Positions 21,132 to 29,132 of a stretch of DNA of 64,000 nucleotides are shown here, piece by piece (the first letter of the stretch is position 1; the number at the start of each line of letters is the position of its first letter). The notes beneath the pieces were generated by a model. That model was not told the origin of the DNA. It saw only the letters and a program-made list of their open reading frames with translations, and made no database searches. The translations under genes and the position numbers were made by a program. This stretch comes from Bdellovibrionales bacterium (lineage in GTDB: Bacteria > Bdellovibrionota > Bdellovibrionia > Bdellovibrionales > UBA1609): the NCBI GenBank assembly GCA_020850475.1, contig JADZEO010000146.1, positions 213-64,212 on the forward strand, read 5' to 3'.

Positions 21132-21751
21132 GACTGCGCCTCTGGCCGAGTTTGAGTCAGAAAATTTTTGGCGGTCTCAACTAACCCACGGGCCAGCGGA
21201 TCAATCTCCAAATTCACCTTGCTCCCCACTCGCAAGGCCCCAAGGTTGGTGCGTTTGAGAGTTTCAGGAATGAGGCACACCTCGAGAGCAGTTGCTTCCA
21301 CTCGATTGATGGTGAGACTAACTCCGTTGATTGCCACACTGCCCTTTCGCCAGAAGAAGGGGGTTAACTCGGGTGGAAAGGAGACACGCAGGTGAGCCAT
21401 TTCTCCCTGATGCACGCACTCCAACACTTCGCCAAGACCTTCTACATGGCCGGTTACCAAGTGTCCGTGAACTCGCGCACCCATTGCCAAACTGCGCTCT
21501 AAGTTAACGGATTTGCTGGGCAAATTCTCCCAGCGCCAACCCGTAACCTGCAAAGTCTCTGCCGCCAGGGCAAAGACCATTTTTTCCGCATCAAAGGATT
21601 CGATGGTCAGGCAGACGCCATCCACACAAATGCTCTCACCAGTGGCTAAATCGTTAAAAATACTTGGCCTTTTGATATGGATTTCGACAACACCGTCCCG
21701 GGGTTTGGCCGAGGTAATAACCGACTGGGTTTCAACAATCCCCGAAAACAT
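21128..21751 (-). CDS. ribE: Riboflavin synthase (alpha chain)
   Basis: The canonical start MFSGIVE is at 21751; the track ORF extends 12 codons further to 21787. Contains duplicated lumazine-binding repeats. The stop overlaps the ribB start (ATGA). Confidence 0.93.
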   Translation of the reverse strand: MFSGIVETQSVITSAKPRDGVVEIHIKRPSIFNDLATGESICVDGVCLTIESFDAEKMVFALAAETLQVTGWRWENLPSKSVNLERSLAMGARVHGHLVTGHVEGLGEVLECVHQGEMAHLRVSFPPELTPFFWRKGSVAINGVSLTINRVEATALEVCLIPETLKRTNLGALRVGSKVNLEIDPLARGLVETAKNFLTQTRPEAQS

Positions 21752-21939
21752 GTGCCTCACCTGCAGTCGGGCCGCCAAGTTTGTCACCCAACTGACAATT
21801 AACGAAAGAATTACATGATCGGAACTCTACGAACCCAGCGCCCTTAGTGAGATTTGGCTTCTTCTAAGGAGTAGGCTCGGCCTCAAATGCGCGCCAAGCT
21901 ACTCCGGTGCGAAGATTTCGTCAAGAAACGAGGGTCAAT

Positions 21940-24525
21940 TCACGCCTTGAATTCCAGCCCCAAGTCATTGGCGGTCACCGTCAGATGATCCTCTGATTTG
22001 AGTTCACCGCTAATGAGCATCTTTGCCAACACATTGAGAACTTCGGACTGAATCACCCGTCGTAGTGGACGAGCCCCGTAAAGTGGATCAAAGCCTTTTT
22101 TAGCCAGGTAGGTTAAGGCTGCGGGCTTGACCGTTAATTTGATTTTCTTCTCACCGAGACGGCGTTGGACCTCGTCCAATTGGATCTCCACGATTCCGTT
22201 CAGTTGGTCACGTCCTAGGCTATTGAAAATCACCACTTCGTCGATGCGATTGAGGAACTCCGGGCGAAAGTGAGCCCGTAGAGCTTCACGCGCCGATTGC
22301 TCCTTTTCTTCCACCGAGAGCTTGTCATCAATGAGGGCCTGGGAGCCCACGTTCGAGGTCATGATGAGGACCGTGTTGCGGAAGTCCACCGTGCGCCCCT
22401 GACCGTCGGTTAATCTTCCATCGTCCATTACTTGGAGCAAAACGTTGAACACTTCTGGGTGAGCCTTTTCCATTTCATCGAGCAAGATGACACTGTAAGG
22501 CCGACGGCGAACCCGTTCGGTCAGCTGACCCCCTTCTTCGTACCCAACATAACCGGGAGGTGCGCCGATCAAACGAGAAACGGAGTGCTTTTCCATGTAC
22601 TCGGACATATCGATGCGCACCATGGCTTCTTCAGTATCGAACAAAAATTCCGCCAAAGCTTTAGCGGTTTCGGTTTTACCAACACCGGTAGGGCCCAGAA
22701 AAAAGAAGGTCCCAATGGGACGATTGGGATCGGAAATCTCCGCCCGGGCGCGACGGATGGCATCTGCCACCACCGTCAAAGCCTGGTCCTGCCCCACGAC
22801 ACGCTGGCGTAGCAAGTTTTCCATGGTCATTAACTTTTCCATGTCTGACTGAAGCATCTTGCTTACCGGCACACCTGTCCATTTGGAAACCACTTCGGCA
22901 ATTTCTTCGGGACCCACTTCCTCTTTGAGCATGCGGTTGGCAGAGGCCTTCTTTTCGGCTTCGCCATCGTAGGCAATCAGGCGCTTTTCCATTTCCGGAA
23001 GTTTGCCATATTTGAGCTCGGCCGCTCGCTCGAGTTTGCCTTCGCGCTCGGCCCGCTCAATTTCGACTTTGATTCGCTCGATTTCTTCTTTAGTGGTTTT
23101 CAGGCCGCCGATTTCCGCTTTCTCGGCCTCCCATTGTTGGCGCAGGGTTTGAAGTTTTTGGTTCAGCTCCTTAACTTCGTTATCCACCACGGCCAACCGG
23201 TCCTTGGCGCCCTTTTCCTTCTCTTTTTTGAGCGCCTCGCGCTCAATCTGCAGCTGCATGATCTTTCGCTCAATTTCGTCAATTGCCGAGGGCACACTGT
23301 TGATCTCAATGCTCAAGCGGCTCGCCGCTTCGTCCATCAGGTCGATGGCTTTGTCAGGCAAAAATCGGCTGGTGATGTAGCGATGGGAAAGCTTCACCGC
23401 CGATACCAGAGCCGCATCGGTGATGCGGACACCGTGGTGAACCTCGTACTTTTCTTTGAGACCGCGCAAGATGGTAATCGCATCTTGCACAGTGGGCTCT
23501 TCTACGAACACCGTTTGAAAGCGGCGCTCGAGGGCCTTGTCCTTTTCGATGTATTGTCGGTATTCATCGAGAGTCGTGGCGCCAATACAGCGCAACTCGC
23601 CTCGGGCCAGCGCGGGCTTGAGAATCTGGCCGGCATCCATCGCGCCCTCAGTTTTTCCGGCACCAACGAGAGTGTGAAGTTCGTCGATAAACAAAACAAT
23701 TTGGCCTTCGCTCGAAGTGACTTCTTTGATGACCGCCTTCAAGCGATCCTCAAATTCCCCACGATACTTGGCCCCGGCAATCAGCGCGCCCATGTCGAGT
23801 GACATCAGCTTTTTGCCCACCAGGACTTCTGGCACATCTTCGTTGATGATCCGCAGGGCGAGGCCTTCAGCGATGGCGGTTTTGCCCACCCCAGGTTCAC
23901 CAATCAGCACTGGGTTATTTTTGGTTCGGCGCGAGAGCACTTGAATCACTCGGCGGATTTCCTCGTCTCTTCCCACCACCGGATCGAGCTTGCCCTCTTC
24001 CGCCAAGGCGGTGAGGTCCCGGGCGTACTTTTTGAGCGAATCAAACTTGGCTTCTGGGTTGTCGTCGGTCACTCGTTGATTGCCACGCATCGCTTTCATC
24101 GCCTCCGCAAATTTGTTTTCTGTCACACCAAATTTTTTGAGTAGCTCCGCCAAACTGGGGCTATGGCCTTTGAGTGCGGACAAGACAAAATGTTCGGTCG
24201 AAATATAGTCGTCATCGAGGCGCTTGGCCTCAGTCTCAGCACCTTTAAAGAGTCGAACCAGTTCCGGACTCGCGACGACTCGAATGCCCTCGCCCGACAC
24301 CCGCGGCAGACGGTCGATCTGAGATTTCAGTTCTCGTCGCAGTTCACGCGAGTTCACCTGCAGACTCTGCTCGAGCAGGCGGGGTACATTGCCATCGTCT
24401 TGATCCAACAAAGCTTGCAAAAGATGCCAGGGTTCCACGGCCGGATTTTGGAGTTCCTCGGCCATTTGGGCTGCCGCCTGCATTGCCAGCTGACTCATTC
24501 TCGTCATTTTTTCGATGTCATTCAT
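21940..24525 (-). CDS. clpB: ATP-dependent chaperone/disaggregase ClpB
   Basis: 861 aa with a Clp N-domain, two AAA+ modules ([16 protein letters not shown]) and a long coiled-coil middle domain. Confidence 0.98.
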   Translation of the reverse strand: MNDIEKMTRMSQLAMQAAAQMAEELQNPAVEPWHLLQALLDQDDGNVPRLLEQSLQVNSRELRRELKSQIDRLPRVSGEGIRVVASPELVRLFKGAETEAKRLDDDYISTEHFVLSALKGHSPSLAELLKKFGVTENKFAEAMKAMRGNQRVTDDNPEAKFDSLKKYARDLTALAEEGKLDPVVGRDEEIRRVIQVLSRRTKNNPVLIGEPGVGKTAIAEGLALRIINEDVPEVLVGKKLMSLDMGALIAGAKYRGEFEDRLKAVIKEVTSSEGQIVLFIDELHTLVGAGKTEGAMDAGQILKPALARGELRCIGATTLDEYRQYIEKDKALERRFQTVFVEEPTVQDAITILRGLKEKYEVHHGVRITDAALVSAVKLSHRYITSRFLPDKAIDLMDEAASRLSIEINSVPSAIDEIERKIMQLQIEREALKKEKEKGAKDRLAVVDNEVKELNQKLQTLRQQWEAEKAEIGGLKTTKEEIERIKVEIERAEREGKLERAAELKYGKLPEMEKRLIAYDGEAEKKASANRMLKEEVGPEEIAEVVSKWTGVPVSKMLQSDMEKLMTMENLLRQRVVGQDQALTVVADAIRRARAEISDPNRPIGTFFFLGPTGVGKTETAKALAEFLFDTEEAMVRIDMSEYMEKHSVSRLIGAPPGYVGYEEGGQLTERVRRRPYSVILLDEMEKAHPEVFNVLLQVMDDGRLTDGQGRTVDFRNTVLIMTSNVGSQALIDDKLSVEEKEQSAREALRAHFRPEFLNRIDEVVIFNSLGRDQLNGIVEIQLDEVQRRLGEKKIKLTVKPAALTYLAKKGFDPLYGARPLRRVIQSEVLNVLAKMLISGELKSEDHLTVTANDLGLEFKA

Positions 24526-24627
24526 AGACGGCCTTTTTGCTTGCTTTCCCCTCGAGAGGGGCTAAACTCGTCGAAATTTTTATCGATCCGACCTATTAAA
24601 AATGTGGGTCCAAAAGGGCAAAAGTCA

Positions 24628-24879
24628 ATGTCAGCAGGTTATATTGCCAGTCGGCGCGTAAACCCTGGTCGCAAAAGCGTTATTCTTGACGGGATCAGCC
24701 CAAAAGACTTTCGAACTTTGAAGTTCACCTATTGCTGCGAACAGTGCGTCCACTTTGATGGGGAAAAGATCGATTGCTCACTCGGCTTCAGCCCCCAGCT
24801 CCATGGACGAGAAGCCCAATTGCGCACCTATAATTTAACGGGCAGAATGGCAATTTGTCGGTTCCTGGAGATCGACTAA
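24628..24879 (+). CDS. Hypothetical small Cys-rich protein (83 aa)
   Basis: This is the 3' part of track ORF 24163..24879, the rest of which is antisense to clpB. ATG 24628 has AAGGG 9 nt upstream. The sequence has CCEQCVHF..C..C. It ends 17 nt before the hydrolase gene. Confidence 0.45.
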   Translation: MSAGYIASRRVNPGRKSVILDGISPKDFRTLKFTYCCEQCVHFDGEKIDCSLGFSPQLHGREAQLRTYNLTGRMAICRFLEID

Positions 24880-24896
24880 TCTGCGTAAGGTGAGGA

Positions 24897-25844
24897 ATGG
24901 ATTCCGCGCTTCTCCAATGGATTCACGATTATTGGATTTGGCTTGGCCTTACCCTGGTCCTGGTGGCCCTGGTGGCCGGTACGGTTTGGTGGCTTGCCCT
25001 CCGGGTCCCCCCTCCCCCTAAGTCCTGGGCCCCCGAAGACCGATTTCTTACCGTGGGTGACTTCCGAATTCGCTATATAATAGAGGGAAACGGACCGCCG
25101 CTCCTCTTGCTTCATGGAATCGCCGCAAATCTTTTTGCCTGGCGAAAACTGATTCCGCTCCTCAGCTCTCAATTTCAAGTGATCGCCCTCGACCTGCCGG
25201 GATTTGGCTACAGTACCAAAGACCCCAAAGCTGGCTATGGTCTGGATGAACAATGCGATCGCCTCGAGAAGTTCTTGGACGGCCTCGGCATTGGTCGGTG
25301 TCGGGTGCTTGGCAGCTCAATGGGGGGAGCGCTCGCCCTGCATTTGGCCCGACGAAATCCCGAGCGGTTTTGGGAAATCATTTGTATGTCACCTGCCACC
25401 ACGCGCCTGCCACTGCCGGTGCGCCCTCACCACCTGCGGTGGGCCTCGGCTGGACTCCAGTACCTGGTGACTCCGTCCTTAGTGAACTCCATTTACAAGT
25501 TTGTGGTTGAGCGCCAGGACCAAGTCGACCGTCAGGTGATTGACGAGTATTTTCGGCCTTACCAGCGCAGCCCTGAGTCCATCCGGACCTTCCTCTCGGC
25601 CAGTCAAATCATTCACGATCCTCGCATTGAAGAAAACCCGGGGCTGGTCAAAGTTCCAGTGCTTTACCTCTGGGGCAGGCAAGATCGCGTGGTCCCGCTC
25701 AAGCAATTGCGGGCCCTTGAACGCCGCTACAGTTCCAAGATCCAGGCGGCGATTCATCCCAATGCCGGTCATCACATCATGGAAGACGATCCAGAGTGGG
25801 TGAGCCGTCAATGCCAGGAGTTCTTTGGTCATCGCGACTTCTAA
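24897..25844 (+). CDS. Alpha/beta-fold hydrolase with N-terminal membrane anchor
   Basis: 315 aa with an N-terminal TM helix, the oxyanion HG motif LLLLHGIAAN, the nucleophile elbow GSSMGG and a C-terminal His (AGHHIMED). Confidence 0.88.
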   Translation: MDSALLQWIHDYWIWLGLTLVLVALVAGTVWWLALRVPPPPKSWAPEDRFLTVGDFRIRYIIEGNGPPLLLLHGIAANLFAWRKLIPLLSSQFQVIALDLPGFGYSTKDPKAGYGLDEQCDRLEKFLDGLGIGRCRVLGSSMGGALALHLARRNPERFWEIICMSPATTRLPLPVRPHHLRWASAGLQYLVTPSLVNSIYKFVVERQDQVDRQVIDEYFRPYQRSPESIRTFLSASQIIHDPRIEENPGLVKVPVLYLWGRQDRVVPLKQLRALERRYSSKIQAAIHPNAGHHIMEDDPEWVSRQCQEFFGHRDF

Positions 25845-26160
25845 CCATCGTCCTAAGACTCGATCAGTCCTTGGCCTAATCCTGTTTCGAACGCCTCGAA
25901 ATTGGTCTCACGTCCTGTCAAGAATCCAACCCCACTCCCGAATAGAAGCCTGTACACGGGGTGATACTATGTCAGTCGCCCTTATTATTAAGGGGGTTGA
26001 TGGATCAACCAGAGAGCATTGGTCACGCTCTCTTGCTAACGAGGAAAAGATCGAAAGGAGGTCATCAAGGAAGACAGTAGAGTACAAGGAAAACTTATAG
26101 CAGTAAGTTTATAAGTACAGAACCCCAAGGCTTGGACGCCACCCCAGAACGGGGCAACAG

Positions 26161-26204
26161 ACAAGGAGGATATTTAATGAATTTAAACGGAGGATAATTT
26201 AATG
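26161..26204 (+). promoter_or_regulatory. Flagellin leader with duplicated SD+ATG module and a 6-codon mini-ORF (candidate CsrA-type translational control site)
   Basis: AAGGAGGATATTTAATG (ATG 26177) and ACGGAGGATAATTTAATG (ATG 26202, fliC) are near-identical and 25 nt apart. The first opens ATG AAT TTA AAC GGA GGA TAA (26177-26197), which ends 4 nt before the fliC ATG. Confidence 0.3.
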
Positions 26205-27035
26205 GGATTTCGTGTTTCAACTAACATCGCTGCGATTAATGCGCAGAGAAATTTACTCGGCAGCCAAGTCCAGATCAATGACAGCATGAGCAAGCTGGCA
26301 TCTGGTAGCCGGATCAATAAAGCAGCAGATGATGCCGCTGGTCTGGCGATTTCAGAAAACCTCAAGGCACAGGTTCGTTCTGCACGCCAAGCTAACCGCA
26401 ACGCTAACGACGGTGTTTCCATGGTGCAAACCGCTGAGGGCGGATTGAACGAGATTGGCAACATCATTGTCCGTTTGCGTGAACTGGGCATCCAGGCCGC
26501 TTCTGATACCGTCGGTGACACTGAGCGCTCATTCATCGACAAAGAGGTTCAGCAATTAAAGAACGAGGTTCAGCGTATTGCGTCGGTAACTACCTGGGGC
26601 ACCACTAAGCTCCTGGATGGCTCTACTCCTATCTTTGACTTCCAAGTTGGTCTTTATAACAACGATTTCGAAGATCGGATTTCCTTCGATTCTTCGCAAA
26701 ACGTTGCCACATTGGACGCCTTAGAACTCGCCGGTTTGGACTATGCCTCCAAACAAGGTGCGCAGGACGCCCTTCAGCTTCTTGATACTGCTCAAACCAA
26801 TGTTAACGGTATGCGCGCAAATCTTGGCGCTCTGCAGAATCGTCTTACGTCAACGGTCCAAAACCTCTTGGTCGCTGAAGAAAACCTCTCAGCCGCCAAC
26901 AGCCGGATCCGCGATACTGACGTAGCCGCTGCTTCCGCTGAGATGACCCGCAACAGTATCTTGCTCCAGGCAGCAACTTCAACTTTGGCTCAAGCCAATC
27001 AAGTAAACACAACTGCTCTCAAGTTGATTGGTTGA
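26202..27035 (+). CDS. fliC: Flagellin
   Basis: 277 aa with the conserved N-terminus (RINKAADDAAGLAISENL...NANDGVSMVQTAEGGL) and C-terminus (NRLTSTVQNL...SRIRDTDVAAASAEMTRNSILLQA). Confidence 0.95.
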   Translation: MGFRVSTNIAAINAQRNLLGSQVQINDSMSKLASGSRINKAADDAAGLAISENLKAQVRSARQANRNANDGVSMVQTAEGGLNEIGNIIVRLRELGIQAASDTVGDTERSFIDKEVQQLKNEVQRIASVTTWGTTKLLDGSTPIFDFQVGLYNNDFEDRISFDSSQNVATLDALELAGLDYASKQGAQDALQLLDTAQTNVNGMRANLGALQNRLTSTVQNLLVAEENLSAANSRIRDTDVAAASAEMTRNSILLQAATSTLAQANQVNTTALKLIG

Positions 27036-27075
27036 TTGGTTAATAAAAAGTTTAGTTTATTCGTCCAATGACCGT

Positions 27076-27109
27076 AGTGGCCCGGGCCTAGTGCTCGGGC
27101 CACTTTTTT
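27076..27109 (+). terminator. Rho-independent terminator after fliC
   Basis: Stem AGTGGCCCG/CGGGCCACT (9 bp) followed by TTTTTT. Confidence 0.7.
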
Positions 27110-27172
27110 GCCCTTTTTGGGGGACAAAAAAACCACTAGGCAAGGCTTTGAAATCCCAGTAGCATTCCCCTA

Positions 27173-27201
27173 TTGACGCTGACAGATCTTCCACCTTATA
27201 G
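27173..27201 (+). promoter_or_regulatory. Candidate sigma-70 promoter of the H1-like gene
   Basis: TTGACG (27173-27178), a 17-nt spacer, then TTATAG (27196-27201), about 58 nt upstream of the ATG at 27259. Confidence 0.3.
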
Positions 27202-27258
27202 GAAGTGATGCACCACCAAAAGTGGGTTAATGACGTTGAAATGAGGGGAGACCGTTCC

Positions 27259-27771
27259 ATGGCTAAGAAGAAAAAAGCGACCAAAAAAGTTGCGACCAAA
27301 AAGGCCGCAAAGAAAGCAACCAAGAAAGCTGCAACTAAAAAAGCGGCAACTAAAAAGGCAGCCACAAAGAAAGCAGCAACTAAAAAAGCGGCAACCAAAA
27401 AAGCTGCGACCAAGAAAGCTGCAACTAAGAAAGCGGCTCCAAAAGCTGCCAAAGCAAAAGCTCCGGCGAGCCCTAAGAAAGCAACTACTGCTAAACCAGC
27501 TACGCCCGTTGCTAAATCTGACAAACCTCAAGTTCCGGATTTGAAGGATATCACTAAAGGCACTACCAAGCCTCCCGTGGGCAATCCCTTCCGTCCTGAG
27601 AAGCCTGCTGCCCCCGGCGCAGCGGCTGGAACCCCTGCTGACTTTGAGTCCATGGAAGAGAGCTTTGGCCCCAATGATGAGTTTGCCGACGACGATCTCG
27701 ATAATTTTGACGATGTCGACGACGAAGACTCAGAAAACATTGAAGGCGGCGACGACGAAGGTTACTTCTAA
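27259..27771 (+). CDS. Histone H1-like Lys/Ala-repeat protein with a poly-acidic C-terminal tail
   Basis: ATG 27259 is preceded by GAGGGGA. The N-terminus MAKKKKATKKVATKKAAKKATKK(AATKK)n is followed by a Pro/Ala linker. The C-terminus is FADDDLDNFDDVDDEDSENIEGGDDEGYF. Confidence 0.8.
   Translation: MAKKKKATKKVATKKAAKKATKKAATKKAATKKAATKKAATKKAATKKAATKKAATKKAAPKAAKAKAPASPKKATTAKPATPVAKSDKPQVPDLKDITKGTTKPPVGNPFRPEKPAAPGAAAGTPADFESMEESFGPNDEFADDDLDNFDDVDDEDSENIEGGDDEGYF
27271..27438 (+). repeat. In-frame 15-bp tandem repeat (about 11 units) encoding (K-K-A-A-T)n
   Basis: Successive units such as gcaactaaaaaagcg / gcaactaaaaaggca / gccacaaagaaagca / gcaaccaaaaaagct. They are degenerate at wobble positions. 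Confidence 0.8.
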
Positions 27772-27810
27772 TCGTCGAAGCATTTTAGAAGATTGCCTGT
27801 AGCCAGGCAT

Positions 27811-27842
27811 AAAAAAAGCGAGCCTCCAAGGCTCGCTTTTTT
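27811..27842. terminator. Bidirectional rho-independent terminator between convergent genes
   Basis: A7, then stem GCGAGCC/GGCTCGC (7 bp, 5-nt loop), then T6. It can serve the plus-strand H1-like gene and the minus-strand sigma-54 activator. Confidence 0.7.
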
Positions 27843-27872
27843 ATTTGGTCCAATGACCGAACACTCTGACTC

Positions 27873-28955
27873 TTAGTTAGACCCAGACTTAGGGGTCGGA
27901 GTACCAACCGTCGGCTTCGTGTGAACCGCATAGCGCTCAAATTCACCATACTCATGCAGTTTATTATAGAGAGTCTTGATGGTAATTCCGAGAGCATTGG
28001 CGGCTTGAGTTTTGTTGCCATCAAAGTAATTGAGGGCTTTCAAGATGTAACGCTTTTCAAGCTCATGTAAAGTCAAAGTCGGATCGTAGTCATCGATAAC
28101 GATCTTATGATCAGGATTGCGGATGTGCTCCGGCAGATCGCCCGGCATAATGACATGGCCTTCAGCCAAGATCTGTAAACGTTCACAAACGTTTTGCAGT
28201 TCCCGAATGTTACCTGGCCAATCATAGCGCATGAGAATCCGAACAGCCTCTTCACTCATCTGACGACCCCGATTGAGATAACCATGGGGGCTGCGTGACA
28301 AGAAGTGCTCGACCAACGAGCAAATGTCTTCTTTACGACGGCGCAGAGGGGGTGAGTGAAGCATGATCGTATTGATGCGATAAAAGAGGTCTTCACGGAA
28401 ATTACCGCGCATAACTTCTTTGTCTAATTCTTTATTGGTGGCGCTGATGAGACGGATGTCCACTTTGATGGGGTCCTTGCCGCCAACCCGATAGATTTCG
28501 CCTTCCTGAAGGAAGCGCAACAACTTAGCCTGAATACCGGGACTCAATTCACCGATTTCATCTAGGAATAGGGTTCCGCCGGTAGCCACTTCAGCCAAGC
28601 CGATCTTACGAGTGTAGGCACCTGTAAAGGCGCCTTTTTCGTGACCGAAAAGCTCGCTCTCTAAAAGAGTTTCGCGAAGCGCTCCACAGTTAATTGCGAC
28701 AAACGGCTTATTTTTGCGATGGCTCTTTTCATGAATCGCATGAGCAATCAGTTCTTTTCCGGTGCCACTCTCACCAAGAATCAAGACTGTTGCATTGGAC
28801 GGAGCCACTCGCTCCACCATTCGAATCAACTGGCGCATCACTTCCGATTTGTAGATAATCCGCTTATCTTCTATGATTTTACTAGTCGGGTTCACTCCAG
28901 GTAAAACCTGGTTTTCGCTCGGAGGGAGAATCGAGGAGTTATCCATGCCTGACAT
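27873..28955 (-). CDS. Sigma-54-dependent transcriptional activator without receiver or sensory domain (AAA+ and HTH only)
   Basis: 360 aa. The AAA+ core starts about 40 aa from the N-terminus (GESGTGKE, GAFTGA, DEIGEL). C-terminal Fis-type HTH (NKTQAANALGITIKTLYNKL). Confidence 0.9.
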   Translation of the reverse strand: MSGMDNSSILPPSENQVLPGVNPTSKIIEDKRIIYKSEVMRQLIRMVERVAPSNATVLILGESGTGKELIAHAIHEKSHRKNKPFVAINCGALRETLLESELFGHEKGAFTGAYTRKIGLAEVATGGTLFLDEIGELSPGIQAKLLRFLQEGEIYRVGGKDPIKVDIRLISATNKELDKEVMRGNFREDLFYRINTIMLHSPPLRRRKEDICSLVEHFLSRSPHGYLNRGRQMSEEAVRILMRYDWPGNIRELQNVCERLQILAEGHVIMPGDLPEHIRNPDHKIVIDDYDPTLTLHELEKRYILKALNYFDGNKTQAANALGITIKTLYNKLHEYGEFERYAVHTKPTVGTPTPKSGSN

Positions 28956-29132
28956 ACGTACAGCCCCTTGGTTAACTGAGTTTGAATGTGAGTTCCCAAT
29001 CCAAGAATTGGGGTGTTAATTAATTGTCGCGATGCATTTAACACGGTGTTTCTAACAAATGCGTGTTTTTTATGCAAGGTAATTTTGCAACGCGGTATGA
29101 ATGTTTTTTAAACATATAGAAGGATTGGTTTT

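Noticed and set aside
21752-21939. FMN (RFN) riboswitch expected upstream of the rib genes
   Set aside because: I read both strands and found none of the conserved RFN core strings (for example GGGCAGGGTGAAATTCCC, CCGGCGGT, GGATGGGAGA). A covariance-model scan would be needed to be certain.
23134-24627. Long plus-strand ORFs (23134..23802, 222 aa; 24163..24879, 238 aa) opposite clpB
   Set aside because: They lie antisense to a very well supported clpB reading frame, have low-complexity or Arg/Leu-rich translations and lack an SD. This is typical of shadow ORFs. Only the 3' end beyond clpB (24628..24879) is kept as a possible small gene.
25825-26100. 91-aa ORF (and nested 43-aa ORF from ATG 25969) in the flagellin upstream region
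   Set aside because: It overlaps the hydrolase 3' end, has no convincing SD for the long form, and its basic low-complexity translation has no family resemblance. I treat the region as a 5' UTR/promoter region.
27271-27438. Possible CRISPR-like or intergenic tandem repeat arrays (also 50111..50352)
   Set aside because: The repeats are contiguous with no unique spacers, stay in frame inside ORFs and vary mainly at synonymous positions. They are coding tandem repeats, not CRISPR arrays.
27057-27531. Minus-strand ORFs encoding (AAFLV)n / (FFSC)n repeats
   Set aside because: They are frame and strand artefacts of the 15-bp coding repeat in the H1-like gene. The plus-strand frame has an SD, a promoter-like element and a terminator.
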